Positions 20,358 to 29,497 of a DNA stretch of 64,000 bases are shown here, piece by piece. Source of the DNA: an uncultured Veillonellaceae bacterium (GTDB taxonomy: Bacteria; Bacillota; Negativicutes; JARBTT01); contig CAWDTA010000002.1 of assembly GCA_963805085.1 (NCBI GenBank), positions 576,001 through 640,000 of the forward strand, in the 5' to 3' direction. Every line of letters begins with the position of its first letter. Position 1 is the stretch's first letter. The notes below the pieces were generated by a model. It was not told the origin of the DNA and made no database searches. It saw nothing but the letters and a program-made list of their open reading frames with translations. The position numbers and the translations under genes are program-made.

Positions 20358-21644
20358 TCACCTACCATGGAGTACTGCCGCAGGACGCAAAGATAAAAGC
20401 ATGCGCATTGCCGGAAGACTTCCCATTAAAATAACCAAGGTCATCAGCACAATATCCAAAGGAATTACCATAAGATTGATTGCAATCGAAGAATCAAACA
20501 CGGTATGCCCGATGATTTGTGCAAAGCCGAGTCCGATAAAATAGCCAAAAACTCCACCAAAAAAACCGGTAATAAAAATCTCGGTGAGAATTAATACGCT
20601 GACAGCCAAGTTCGTCGCTCCTAAAGCTTTCAGCAAACCTAGTTCTTTGCTGCGTTCCATGATGTTCGCACTGACTAGATTCGATATTCCAAGCGCTGAA
20701 CTCAAAAGACTTAGCGCCGTAATCAAAAGCATCAACATCTGCGTTTTCTCTAAAATTCGCCCCTCGGATTCAGCAACTTGACGAACAGGTTTGGCTATAG
20801 AATTCTGGATTGCCTCTTCAATTTGAAATGCAATTGATCCCACATAAGCTGTACAATACCAGACCTCATATTCTTTCATTGACAAACTTTTTGGATCAGC
20901 CGCTGCCTTTTTCGCTAAATCATTTTCTGGTGTTGTGATTGCACTGACTTCAATCTTGTCAATTTTGCCCTGTAACTGATTCAGCTTTTGCACAAAAGCC
21001 AATGGAGCAAACATTCCATCCTCTTCTTGCCCGCCGCTGCTAAAAATCCCTTTGATGGTAAGAGTTTCTTTCTGCGGTGCACCTGGTGCTCTATACTCTA
21101 TTTTATCGCCTACTTTTAAACCTAGCGTATCTGCCAAACGTTTTCCTAGCATTACCGCCTGCAAATCATCATCACGTACCCATTCCCCGTCGACAGACCA
21201 CCAAGATTTCAGATATTTTTCCCCCGTCTGGATCGTTTCTCCTGTTGGCAATTGCAAAGCGTAATCAAACCATGTACCAACCAAAGAAACTGCCTCTCTT
21301 TGCCCCTCTATAGCAATTTTACTTTCCAGTGAAGGCGCAAACGCTACAATATTATTGGTCCAAAAGATGGTTTTGATTTTTCCTAAATCTGCTTCTTGTA
21401 AATATTCTTTATGCGCCGTATCACCCTCCAGCCCATATATATCCTTCAACACAGAACTGTTTTTTGGTGTCACGGTAATATTTGCACCGTACGCTTTAAG
21501 CTCTTGATTGACTTTATCGCCGACATTGAGCATAACATTGAGCATTGCCGTCGCCAAGGAAACGCCTAAAGCAAGCGTAAGTGCTACCATCAACATTCTT
21601 TGTTTCTGCCTTAACATAGCACCTTTTAACATCTGCCAAAACAT
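20358..21644 (-). CDS. MacB/FtsX-type ABC permease (P19-cluster type)
   Basis: ERSKELGLLKALGA motif; WYCTAY segment in the extracytoplasmic domain. Confidence 0.9.
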   Translation of the reverse strand: MFWQMLKGAMLRQKQRMLMVALTLALGVSLATAMLNVMLNVGDKVNQELKAYGANITVTPKNSSVLKDIYGLEGDTAHKEYLQEADLGKIKTIFWTNNIVAFAPSLESKIAIEGQREAVSLVGTWFDYALQLPTGETIQTGEKYLKSWWSVDGEWVRDDDLQAVMLGKRLADTLGLKVGDKIEYRAPGAPQKETLTIKGIFSSGGQEEDGMFAPLAFVQKLNQLQGKIDKIEVSAITTPENDLAKKAAADPKSLSMKEYEVWYCTAYVGSIAFQIEEAIQNSIAKPVRQVAESEGRILEKTQMLMLLITALSLLSSALGISNLVSANIMERSKELGLLKALGATNLAVSVLILTEIFITGFFGGVFGYFIGLGFAQIIGHTVFDSSIAINLMVIPLDIVLMTLVILMGSLPAMRMLLSLRPAAVLHGR

Positions 21645-21656
21645 CTTCTCACCTCC

Positions 21657-22916
21657 TTACTTAAACCGATCTTTTTCTTTTTCTAAGCCAGCTTGTTCCA
21701 CCATGATACTGCCCTCTGAAACCTTATATTCAATTGGAATTGGATTGCATCCACCCTTCATTCCAATTGTCGCTTTATTCATCATAACATCACAAAGCCG
21801 ACAGATGACCTGTCCGTCACGCTCTAAATATCCAGTTGGGCCACAGATTTCACAAGCATCCAATCCAACTCCATAGGAAGAGCCACCCTTTTGAATGATA
21901 ACGAAACGCACCAATTCACCAGAAGAAGCCTTATAAACATAACGATGCAGATGCCCATCCTTGACGGCTTCCAATGGAATTTGTATATGCCCTTCAGTTG
22001 CCGTAATAGGAATCGCCGGCACAAGTTCTTCTGTTTTATTGGCATAGATACTACCCCAAGTAGAAAAAAACACCATAATCGCTAAACTGATGATAGCCCC
22101 CATACCCCAACGCAGTTTTTTTTGCGCCTGTATCCGAATCTTCCGATACTGTGCGTCATTGATCTGGGCAGGCCTCTCTGGTTTCTTCTGCAAAAACAAA
22201 GCGATCGGCAAAATCAAGGTAACTGCAAATACAATATAAATAAACCAAGACTTATGATCAATCAAAGGCGCCATAATATGCATCAAATGGTCTCCCTGAA
22301 GCATCCGCCGTGCCATCATAACCTGCACGAGAAAAATAAATTGCTGAAAAAGAACCGCCACGATTTGAATCACAAAAACAAATAAAAGTCGGCGATCACG
22401 CAGAGCAATCGCTGCCTGGTAAATAAGATATCCACCAATACCAGCAAAGCCTAGCCCTAATGTGAATCCTAATAATTTCCACAAAACTAGTAAGGTAAAA
22501 TAATCTCCATCGGCCGTCACGACAATGCTGACGGGAATCAGAAAGATTTCCATACCGTGATATAAAAGCAAAGCAATGGTCGTCATATAAATAGATATCT
22601 TTAACGTTTTTTTACTTGCACTTTCTAATGAAGCCCGAGACGCTAAGAGACTCAAAAGACTTACTTCCCCAAACAAAGAAAAAATAATTGCAAGGCTTTC
22701 AAAAACTTCACGACTCACTGCATTTTTTGTTCCTAATTTGACAATAACAATAAAGATAGCGCCCCAAAAACCCCAAGCAATCGCGCGCGAAAAAACTTTT
22801 TTATACAGTTCAAAATCTGCTCGCACTAGGATCGCGCGTAAAAGAACCAGTGGAACAATAACCGTTACCATCAATTCCATTGCTGGAATAAGATTTTGCA
22901 ATATAATTTGTAACAT
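21657..22916 (-). CDS. DUF2318-type membrane protein with a Cys-rich C-terminal domain
   Basis: Multiple TMs; DACEIC, ICRLC and GGCNPIP motifs; position in a P19/Ftr1 cluster. Confidence 0.85.
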   Translation of the reverse strand: MLQIILQNLIPAMELMVTVIVPLVLLRAILVRADFELYKKVFSRAIAWGFWGAIFIVIVKLGTKNAVSREVFESLAIIFSLFGEVSLLSLLASRASLESASKKTLKISIYMTTIALLLYHGMEIFLIPVSIVVTADGDYFTLLVLWKLLGFTLGLGFAGIGGYLIYQAAIALRDRRLLFVFVIQIVAVLFQQFIFLVQVMMARRMLQGDHLMHIMAPLIDHKSWFIYIVFAVTLILPIALFLQKKPERPAQINDAQYRKIRIQAQKKLRWGMGAIISLAIMVFFSTWGSIYANKTEELVPAIPITATEGHIQIPLEAVKDGHLHRYVYKASSGELVRFVIIQKGGSSYGVGLDACEICGPTGYLERDGQVICRLCDVMMNKATIGMKGGCNPIPIEYKVSEGSIMVEQAGLEKEKDRFK

Positions 22917-22970
22917 AGGCTTTTCCTTTCATTATGATCTATATGCTCTATATCCTCACACTTCTATAAG

Positions 22971-23004
22971 AAAAAGCGGAAGGAGAAATTCCTGTCCGCT
23001 TTTT
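22971..23004 (-). terminator. Intra-operon hairpin after the P19 gene
   Basis: AAAAAGCGGA / TCCGCTTTTT inverted repeat. Confidence 0.6.
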
Positions 23005-23010
23005 GTTATC

Positions 23011-23565
23011 TTACCAATGTCTAGGAATGTAATTAAAAGTCCAATGTAATTTAGCTGGTTTATCCCAGAAACGTCCTTCAACACCAGTTTCTTTATCTGT
23101 ATGAATTCCATAATTTTGACGTAATGGACTTTCAATGCTGATATCTGCATCATAAGTACCTGCGCCAAGCATTTTAAGATTTGCACCATAATGCGGTCCA
23201 TCACTTGCATTCATCGGCATCATCGTACCTTCAATTTTTTCACCAGACCCTTGTTTTGTTAAGGTATAATGCACCGTTAAGTATGGCATCCATTCTCCTA
23301 CACCAAAACCTGTATTATTACCTTCTGTTGCATGGATATCTGCTTCTATATGAATATCAGCCTTATCTGCCGCTAGCGTCATGCTGGATGGTTCCATTGT
23401 AATCGGTTGGAAATATACCAACGCAACTTTAAAATGCTGCCCCTCTACCTCTTGGTCGTCCCCGATTGGATACTCTTGAAATCCTGCTGCAGATGTTTTA
23501 CCTGCAAACGTAACTAAGCTAAGAACCATGGCAAATGCCATACATAAGAATTTAAAATTTTTCAT
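23011..23565 (-). CDS. P19/Tpd/FetP-family periplasmic iron-binding protein
   Basis: Signal peptide; EYPIG, VYFQP, HIEADIHA, PMNASDGPHYGAN and HTDKETG motifs. Confidence 0.92.
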   Translation of the reverse strand: MKNFKFLCMAFAMVLSLVTFAGKTSAAGFQEYPIGDDQEVEGQHFKVALVYFQPITMEPSSMTLAADKADIHIEADIHATEGNNTGFGVGEWMPYLTVHYTLTKQGSGEKIEGTMMPMNASDGPHYGANLKMLGAGTYDADISIESPLRQNYGIHTDKETGVEGRFWDKPAKLHWTFNYIPRHW

Positions 23566-24764
23566 GATATAGCCTCCTTGTTTTTTATTTTTTTATGAAT
23601 TAAATGAATTGCAGCAGCCGCGAGTAAGATAATTTGAGGCATCAACGTCTCCATGGTAGGATAAAGCCCAAAGAAATCTATATTGGGAAATAAAGCCATA
23701 TCAAGCGGCGTTGTACTTATAAGCCCCCCTTCTTGTAATTCTTTTACTCCGCTACCAGCAAAGCTTACTGCCAAAAAGTACATGAAAATACTGGTTCCGA
23801 TAAAAAATGGTCGTATAGGAATTTTCACTGTGCCTAAACGCACCAACATGAAAATAATACCTAGCGCCAGACAACCTGCCGCAAATCCTAACCAAATCAT
23901 CTGGACATCATCGCCTGCTCCATTGAACAATGCTTGATAGAAAAGAACCACTTCAGCACCTTCACGATATACGGCCAAAAACGCCGCCATTCCCAAAGCC
24001 ATCGTATTACTTTGGGTCAAAGAAGTTTGTACATTACTCTCGATATATTGTGTCCAAGCTTTGGTATTTGCCTTGCCACCCATCCAATAGCTCACAGAAA
24101 GGAGTACCATTACGGCAACCAGCATGGTTGCACCTTCCATAATTTCTTGATTGGCACCTGCACCGCTACTACTTGTGAGCAAATGAAATATATATGCTGT
24201 AATAAAACTTGCAACAATCGCTGCAATGGAATAATTATATACAACAGTAACTTTTTCTTCATTTCCAGATTTAATTAAATAAGCTAAAATAGCTGCCAAA
24301 ACTAAAATAGCTTCTACACCTTCTCTAACCAAAATCAAAAAGGCTGGCCAAAATGCCGCCCATCCACCATGACTAGAATTGGCGCCTTGTAATTTTTGCA
24401 CATCGTCATTGATCATGGTCATCATCGTAACAATTTCTTGCTTTACTTGCGCCTCTGGCATCTGATTGGTCATTGACTTCTTAATTTTGCTAAATTGATA
24501 TTCCGTCAAATTTGCATTCTTACTCGCAACAGTGTTGCGCACAGCCATCTCTAACCCATCTTTTTCATATATGCCATAATATACATCATTTACAACTTTT
24601 TTAGCGCCGTCGGCATCGCCTGTAGTGTAAACCTCCAACGCATGTTGCATTTCTTGCTCAATATGATCAGCTACCCGATCCCATTTTGGAGCCGCAAAGG
24701 TAACGGATACGTTACTGTATAAAAAAAAGCATACAAGTGCAAATAACGACCATTTCTTCAGCAT
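23562..24764 (-). CDS. FTR1-family iron permease with N-terminal soluble domain (FetM-like)
   Basis: Two RExxE motifs (REGVE, REGAE). Start set at ATG 24764 after GAGGG. Confidence 0.92.
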   Translation of the reverse strand: MLKKWSLFALVCFFLYSNVSVTFAAPKWDRVADHIEQEMQHALEVYTTGDADGAKKVVNDVYYGIYEKDGLEMAVRNTVASKNANLTEYQFSKIKKSMTNQMPEAQVKQEIVTMMTMINDDVQKLQGANSSHGGWAAFWPAFLILVREGVEAILVLAAILAYLIKSGNEEKVTVVYNYSIAAIVASFITAYIFHLLTSSSGAGANQEIMEGATMLVAVMVLLSVSYWMGGKANTKAWTQYIESNVQTSLTQSNTMALGMAAFLAVYREGAEVVLFYQALFNGAGDDVQMIWLGFAAGCLALGIIFMLVRLGTVKIPIRPFFIGTSIFMYFLAVSFAGSGVKELQEGGLISTTPLDMALFPNIDFFGLYPTMETLMPQIILLAAAAIHLIHKKIKNKEAIS

Positions 24765-24780
24765 AAAATCCCTCGTTTCC

Positions 24781-24811
24781 ATTGAGAATGAAATCAATAT
24801 TCATTCTCAAT
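24781..24811. promoter_or_regulatory. Fur-like inverted repeat upstream of the FTR1 gene
   Basis: ATTGAGAATGAA-N7-TTCATTCTCAAT; TGAGAAT half-sites resemble the Fur heptamer TGATAAT. Confidence 0.55.
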
Positions 24812-24895
24812 GATTATTAAAAAAAAATATCCGTCAACTGTATTTCCCCGATAAAACAAATTAGTCCGCAAGCCTATGGAAATAGCTTTGCTTTA

Positions 24896-25585
24896 CTATT
24901 CATAAATCCTTATTGCATGAGATTTTTGTTCCCCGTTATCCTGTTGTTTTTTATTAAATGAAATGACAATCATCGCATCCGTTACAATTGGTTCTTTTTC
25001 TAGATCAAGACCAGGCTTAAATTTCCATTTTTTTACGGTCTCAATTGCAATTTTATCAATATTAGGTTTTCCAGACCCTACCACCACGACGACTTTTCCC
25101 ATTGAACCGTCTTTTTGCACTCTTCCTTTTACGGTAATCGTTCCCGTATAGCCAGCTTGACTTGCAACTGACGGATAACAATACTGCAAAATACTAGGTG
25201 GTGTTCCCATTTGATGATTTCCAGTAGCTTTTGACATTACCGCCTTTTCTTTCTGCAGACTAGAAGCACTGTTCTGATTCTCCAGTTCTTTGGCTATCGT
25301 CACATCATTTTCCGTAACAACTGGACTCTCTTCCGCTTGCTCTTCTACCTCAGAAGAAGTATCAGCAGCCACCGCTTCTGTCGGAGGCTCAACTATCGGA
25401 GGGCTTTGGTCTACCAACAACTCTTCCTCAGGTATATCTGTCCATTCCATCATGTTTTGCTCCCCTAACGGAACGATCGTCTGCGCATGCAAATTGGTTA
25501 AGATAAAATTGCCTGCTAACCAAGCAATTAAGTGGATAAAAAAAGCCATAAGAAATGCCATACGCCAATGTTTCGGATATTGCAT
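24896..25585 (-). CDS. tonB: Energy transducer TonB
   Basis: N-terminal TM with His; acidic/Pro linker; C-terminal YP...GSG...D..A...VKKWKFKPG domain; follows exbBD. Confidence 0.85.
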   Translation of the reverse strand: MQYPKHWRMAFLMAFFIHLIAWLAGNFILTNLHAQTIVPLGEQNMMEWTDIPEEELLVDQSPPIVEPPTEAVAADTSSEVEEQAEESPVVTENDVTIAKELENQNSASSLQKEKAVMSKATGNHQMGTPPSILQYCYPSVASQAGYTGTITVKGRVQKDGSMGKVVVVVGSGKPNIDKIAIETVKKWKFKPGLDLEKEPIVTDAMIVISFNKKQQDNGEQKSHAIRIYE

Positions 25586-25589
25586 TCTT

Positions 25590-26003
25590 TTACCTCACCT
25601 TCATCTCAGTAGCAATCGAAATCTTATGTGCTCCCGCATTCTTTAGTACATCTAAAGCGGCAACAACCGTATCATATGTTGCTTTTTTATCGCCCCGCAA
25701 AACAAAAATCACCTCTGGATCACCTTGTAAGGAATTCTGAATCCGTTCCTTCATCTCTAGAATCGGTATCGTGTCTTTCTCATACAAAACCGCCCCATCG
25801 TCCATAACCGTAATAGAAATTAAATTGGGCTTTTCTTGTCTCACGGCACTAGAAGCCTTAGGGAGATTCACTGGAATCGTATGAAGTTGTACCATATAAA
25901 CTGTACTAACCATAAAAAAAACCAGTAAGAAGAACATAATATCAATCATCGGTACAATCATCAATAAAGGTTCTTTTTCAATACGAAAATTACGCCGTTT
26001 CAT
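25590..26003 (-). CDS. exbD: ExbD/TolR family protein
   Basis: PMIDIMFFLLVFFMV, VNLP and LRGDK motifs. Confidence 0.9.
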   Translation of the reverse strand: MKRRNFRIEKEPLLMIVPMIDIMFFLLVFFMVSTVYMVQLHTIPVNLPKASSAVRQEKPNLISITVMDDGAVLYEKDTIPILEMKERIQNSLQGDPEVIFVLRGDKKATYDTVVAALDVLKNAGAHKISIATEMKVR

Positions 26004-26628
26004 GGGTGCTTCCTCCAGCCACCGCTTTTTTCAGGCTAACTAAAATAACTGTATGTACTTGCTCCAAATCTGTAAGAATCGTATCTAATCTCTGCGCATA
26101 ATAGGTATGTACGACCAAAGCCAAAACCGCAACACAAAGTCCCGTTGCGGTTGCAATTAAGGCTTCACCGATTCCTCCGGTGATGGCCAGAGGCTGATTA
26201 CCATCTAAACTAAATATGCTAAAGGACTCCATCATTCCAGAAATTGTTCCTAGCAAACCCAATAAAGGTGCCAACGTAACAATCGCAGACAAATAATTTA
26301 AATTGGAACGCAAACGTGTCGCCGCTAGCGAATATGCACTTTCCAAGGCAAGTTCTATATCTGTTCCACGTTCACGAGCCTTTAAAGCCTCTAAAGCAAG
26401 AAAACTCGCTGCACTTGAAAAATTTTTACAAAATCCAATAGCCTCTTGATTAGGTTTTTCAAGAAGCATCTCTGACAATTCTGTTTGGAATTTATCTTTT
26501 TTCGCCTCAGCCCGTCGATAATAGATAAAGCGGTCGATAGCTATCGCTACTACGCTCAAAGAGCAAAGTAGTAGTATATACATTATTGGCCCGCCCTTAT
26601 GAAAGAAATCTAATGTATTCATTTTCAC
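25990..26628 (-). CDS. exbB: MotA/TolQ/ExbB proton-channel protein
   Basis: APLLGLLGTISGM and GIGEALIATATGL motifs. Confidence 0.9.
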   Translation of the reverse strand: MKMNTLDFFHKGGPIMYILLLCSLSVVAIAIDRFIYYRRAEAKKDKFQTELSEMLLEKPNQEAIGFCKNFSSAASFLALEALKARERGTDIELALESAYSLAATRLRSNLNYLSAIVTLAPLLGLLGTISGMMESFSIFSLDGNQPLAITGGIGEALIATATGLCVAVLALVVHTYYAQRLDTILTDLEQVHTVILVSLKKAVAGGSTHETA

Positions 26629-26637
26629 ATGTACCTC

Positions 26638-27600
26638 TCATATAAATTCAATTGTTTTTTCCTCACTTGGGGAAATTAAAGAAAAATAGTCCTTCAATCC
26701 TTTTGTCGCAATTACACGTTGCTCCTTTGTAACAATAACCGCCTCAATCGCAGGAAAGTTTTGCAAGACCTCCATACTTTTTTGCAACCCAAGTACCATA
26801 AGCCCAGAACCATTTACAGAAATCCTTGCTCCATCTCTACGATATATTAATGAGACACTGATAAGTTCAGAGGTTGGATATCCATTGTAAGGGCTTAAAA
26901 TATGTGTATAAGGAGATCCATCCATCATAATATAACGTCGATAATCGCCTGATGTCTCCACCGTATCCCATTCATGCAAAGCTATTTTTCCTAAAAGCGT
27001 ATGAAAAAGTCGAGGATGTTGTATGCCAATGCACCACACCGACGCATCGGTTTTCTTGCCAATTGTACAGATATCTCCGCCTGCACTGATCCATCCACTA
27101 TTTAATCCACATTTCCATGCTGCCTCTGCTGCTAAGTGCAATGCATATTCTTTTGCTATTCCGCCTAAATCAATCTGCATATGAAGCAATGGCAAAAAAA
27201 CACGCTGCTGCTCTAATTCGATTATCTTATAATTAACCAATGGCAAAACACGATCTATTTCTTCCTGACTCGGTCGAAAAACACCTTTGTTTCCTATCCC
27301 CCACAAATCTGTAATAGCACCGATCGTAACATCAAAAGCACCCAATAAATTTTCCGATAAAGTTTTTGCTATATGAAGAATATCAAATACCGCTGGTGCT
27401 ACGCGGATAGTTTTTTTCCCAGCCATTTGATTAATCTTTGAAATTTCACTGTTTGGATCAAAACGATTGCAAAGAGACTCTATTTTTTTAAATACTGCAA
27501 AAGCTTCTTCAAATGCTTGCTTTTTTTCCCCTTCATAACTCTGGATCTCAACAACTGTATTCATAAAACATTGCTGCTCAGCATATTTCCTAATTTCCAA
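26638..27600 (-). CDS. apbE: FAD:protein FMN transferase (ApbE family), apparently without a signal peptide
   Basis: SEISKIN, GAFDVTIG, DLGGIAK, AGGDI, TSGDY and HILSPYNGYP motifs. TTG start at 27600 after GGGAGG. Confidence 0.88.
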   Translation of the reverse strand: MEIRKYAEQQCFMNTVVEIQSYEGEKKQAFEEAFAVFKKIESLCNRFDPNSEISKINQMAGKKTIRVAPAVFDILHIAKTLSENLLGAFDVTIGAITDLWGIGNKGVFRPSQEEIDRVLPLVNYKIIELEQQRVFLPLLHMQIDLGGIAKEYALHLAAEAAWKCGLNSGWISAGGDICTIGKKTDASVWCIGIQHPRLFHTLLGKIALHEWDTVETSGDYRRYIMMDGSPYTHILSPYNGYPTSELISVSLIYRRDGARISVNGSGLMVLGLQKSMEVLQNFPAIEAVIVTKEQRVIATKGLKDYFSLISPSEEKTIEFI

Positions 27601-27624
27601 GAAAAACCTCCCTTTATTGCAACT

Positions 27625-27671
27625 GATTATCAATATCATTATTAATATACCATCTTTTCACAAAATGTCAA
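27625..27671 (-). promoter_or_regulatory. Promoter with Fur box at the head of the iron cluster
   Basis: Minus strand: TTGACA(27671)-N16-TATATT with extended TG. AATAATGATATTGATAATC (27643-27625) matches GATAATGATAATCATTATC at 15/19. Confidence 0.7.
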
Positions 27672-27960
27672 TAAAAAATCCATCTTATACAATACCTCAA
27701 AATCTTTATATAAGATTCTTTATCCCCCAAAAAAACTATCCCTATTTTTTAATTTTAGTACCACTATTCATCCATGATTAAACAAAATAGGCTGAAACCC
27801 AACCTATTTTGTTTAAAATTAGTCCCATTGCACATCGTTCAGCAAGCTTGCTTTTTTCATTTTATAATAAAAAATCTCCAATATTAGTTTAAATTTTCTA
27901 ATGTCGGAGGTTTAAGCAATATTTTCTAACTTCTAAAAATCATTGATCATTTCGAAGTAT

Positions 27961-28063
27961 TGTGGATAACTCAGCATTTTTTCAGACAATCTACCGCTCT
28001 TTTGAGCAATTTTTGCCTATATATCCACAACTTCTTATATACTGTGGATTTCCCTGGGGATAA
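27961..28063. promoter_or_regulatory. Cluster of DnaA-box-like sites
   Basis: TGTGGATAA (27961, perfect), ATATCCACA (28021), TGTGGATTT (28043), TGGGGATAA (28055). Confidence 0.45.
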
Positions 28064-28293
28064 GTTTGAATACGATGTTTATTGATAACGGTTACTACTA
28101 AGAGCTCCATAAATCATAAAAGTTGCTCATTGCTTCTGTTATATTATTAGTATAATATAAGAAATAACAATGATTAGCATACATGTTCCGTATTTTTGTC
28201 AAATTTATCAGTATTTTTATTTTCAAATTACTAAATTTTGTTTATACTTAGATTAAATAACAAAAGGTTATCTACACGTAATTGGAGGTTATT

Positions 28294-28659
28294 ATGACAA
28301 TCTTGAAATATGATGACACCTGTGATGAATATATTACACACAATGATAAAATCAGTGCAGCCAAGTGGCATCTTTTACCGAACGATACTGCACAAAAGCT
28401 CTCTGAAACTTTTAAAATACTCGGTGATCAAACACGCATCAAAATCTTAAGTTTACTTACTGAAAATGAAATGTGCGTTTGTGACATTGCCGATACACTA
28501 CAAATGGGGCAATCTGCTATTTCACACCAACTGCGTGTACTACGCGGGGCCCGGTTAGTTAAATTTCGTAAAGAAGGCAAAGAAGCTTGGTATTCACTCG
28601 ACGATGAACACGTCGTTAGCTTAATGAATCAAGGCTTAGAACACATTAATCATGGCTAA
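28294..28659 (+). CDS. ArsR/SmtB-family metal-responsive repressor
   Basis: FKILGDQTRIKI, EMCVCDIA, QSAISHQLRVL and YSLDDEHV...EH motifs; ATG at 28294 after GGAGG. Confidence 0.92.
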   Translation: MTILKYDDTCDEYITHNDKISAAKWHLLPNDTAQKLSETFKILGDQTRIKILSLLTENEMCVCDIADTLQMGQSAISHQLRVLRGARLVKFRKEGKEAWYSLDDEHVVSLMNQGLEHINHG

Positions 28660-28662
28660 AGG

Positions 28663-29403
28663 ATGATGATGATGAAATCGACACTGCGCAAAACAATGTA
28701 TTTGTTACTGTTAACTACTTTTATTCTCTTTGTTACCCCAATAACAACTACCTACGCAGCTGTACTCCTTAAACTAAATTCCAGCGGTAGCACTGTTGTT
28801 ATCCTGCAACAACGTTTGGCGGCCTTAAACTATATCATTACCAACGTTGATGGTATCTTTGGGCAAGAGACACGTCGCGCTGTAATTGCTTTTCAACGCG
28901 AGAATCAACTGAATCAAACAGGTGTTGTCGATACTACGACCTGGAATACGATCAAAAATAATCAAATGCCCCAAAAAAAGCCATCTCCAACCCAATCCCC
29001 AGCACTACAAATAGGCGGTAACAAAAACGCGAATCCAACAACAGCAGCTATCATTACTACTTCAAGGAGATACCTCGGTGTTCCTTATAAGTTTGGTGGC
29101 ACTACCCCTAAAGGTTTTGATTGCTCAGGCTATCTCCAATACATATTTGCTGAAAATGGCATGCAAATCCCTCGCACCGCCGATGAACAATATAAAATTG
29201 GGACAAGCATTACGCAGCGCCAGCTGCAATCCGGTGATCTTGTCTTCTTTACAACCTACGAGAAAGGTGCCTCTCATTGTGGACTGTATATAGGCGACGG
29301 AAAATTCATTCATGCGTCTTCAAGCAAGGGCATACATATCGATGAACTGAGCAATGCTTATTGGAAAACACGGTACATAGGCGCAAAAAGAATTATAAAA
29401 TAA
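28663..29403 (+). CDS. NlpC/P60 cell-wall peptidase with peptidoglycan-binding domain
   Basis: Signal peptide; DGIFG..T..AVIAFQ; GVPYKFGG..GFDCSG; HCGLY and FIHASSS motifs. Confidence 0.93.
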   Translation: MMMMKSTLRKTMYLLLLTTFILFVTPITTTYAAVLLKLNSSGSTVVILQQRLAALNYIITNVDGIFGQETRRAVIAFQRENQLNQTGVVDTTTWNTIKNNQMPQKKPSPTQSPALQIGGNKNANPTTAAIITTSRRYLGVPYKFGGTTPKGFDCSGYLQYIFAENGMQIPRTADEQYKIGTSITQRQLQSGDLVFFTTYEKGASHCGLYIGDGKFIHASSSKGIHIDELSNAYWKTRYIGAKRIIK

Positions 29404-29497
29404 AAAAAGTAGTTAGATCACTACAAGCTAAGACTATTCTCAGCTTGCCGTGTTCTAGCTACTTTTTCTAGGATGAATATCTCGCAATCGCTCCTCA

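Noticed and set aside
27640-28281. Possible oriC
   Set aside because: No dnaA, dnaN or gidA context and only a few boxes; kept only as a DnaA-box cluster.
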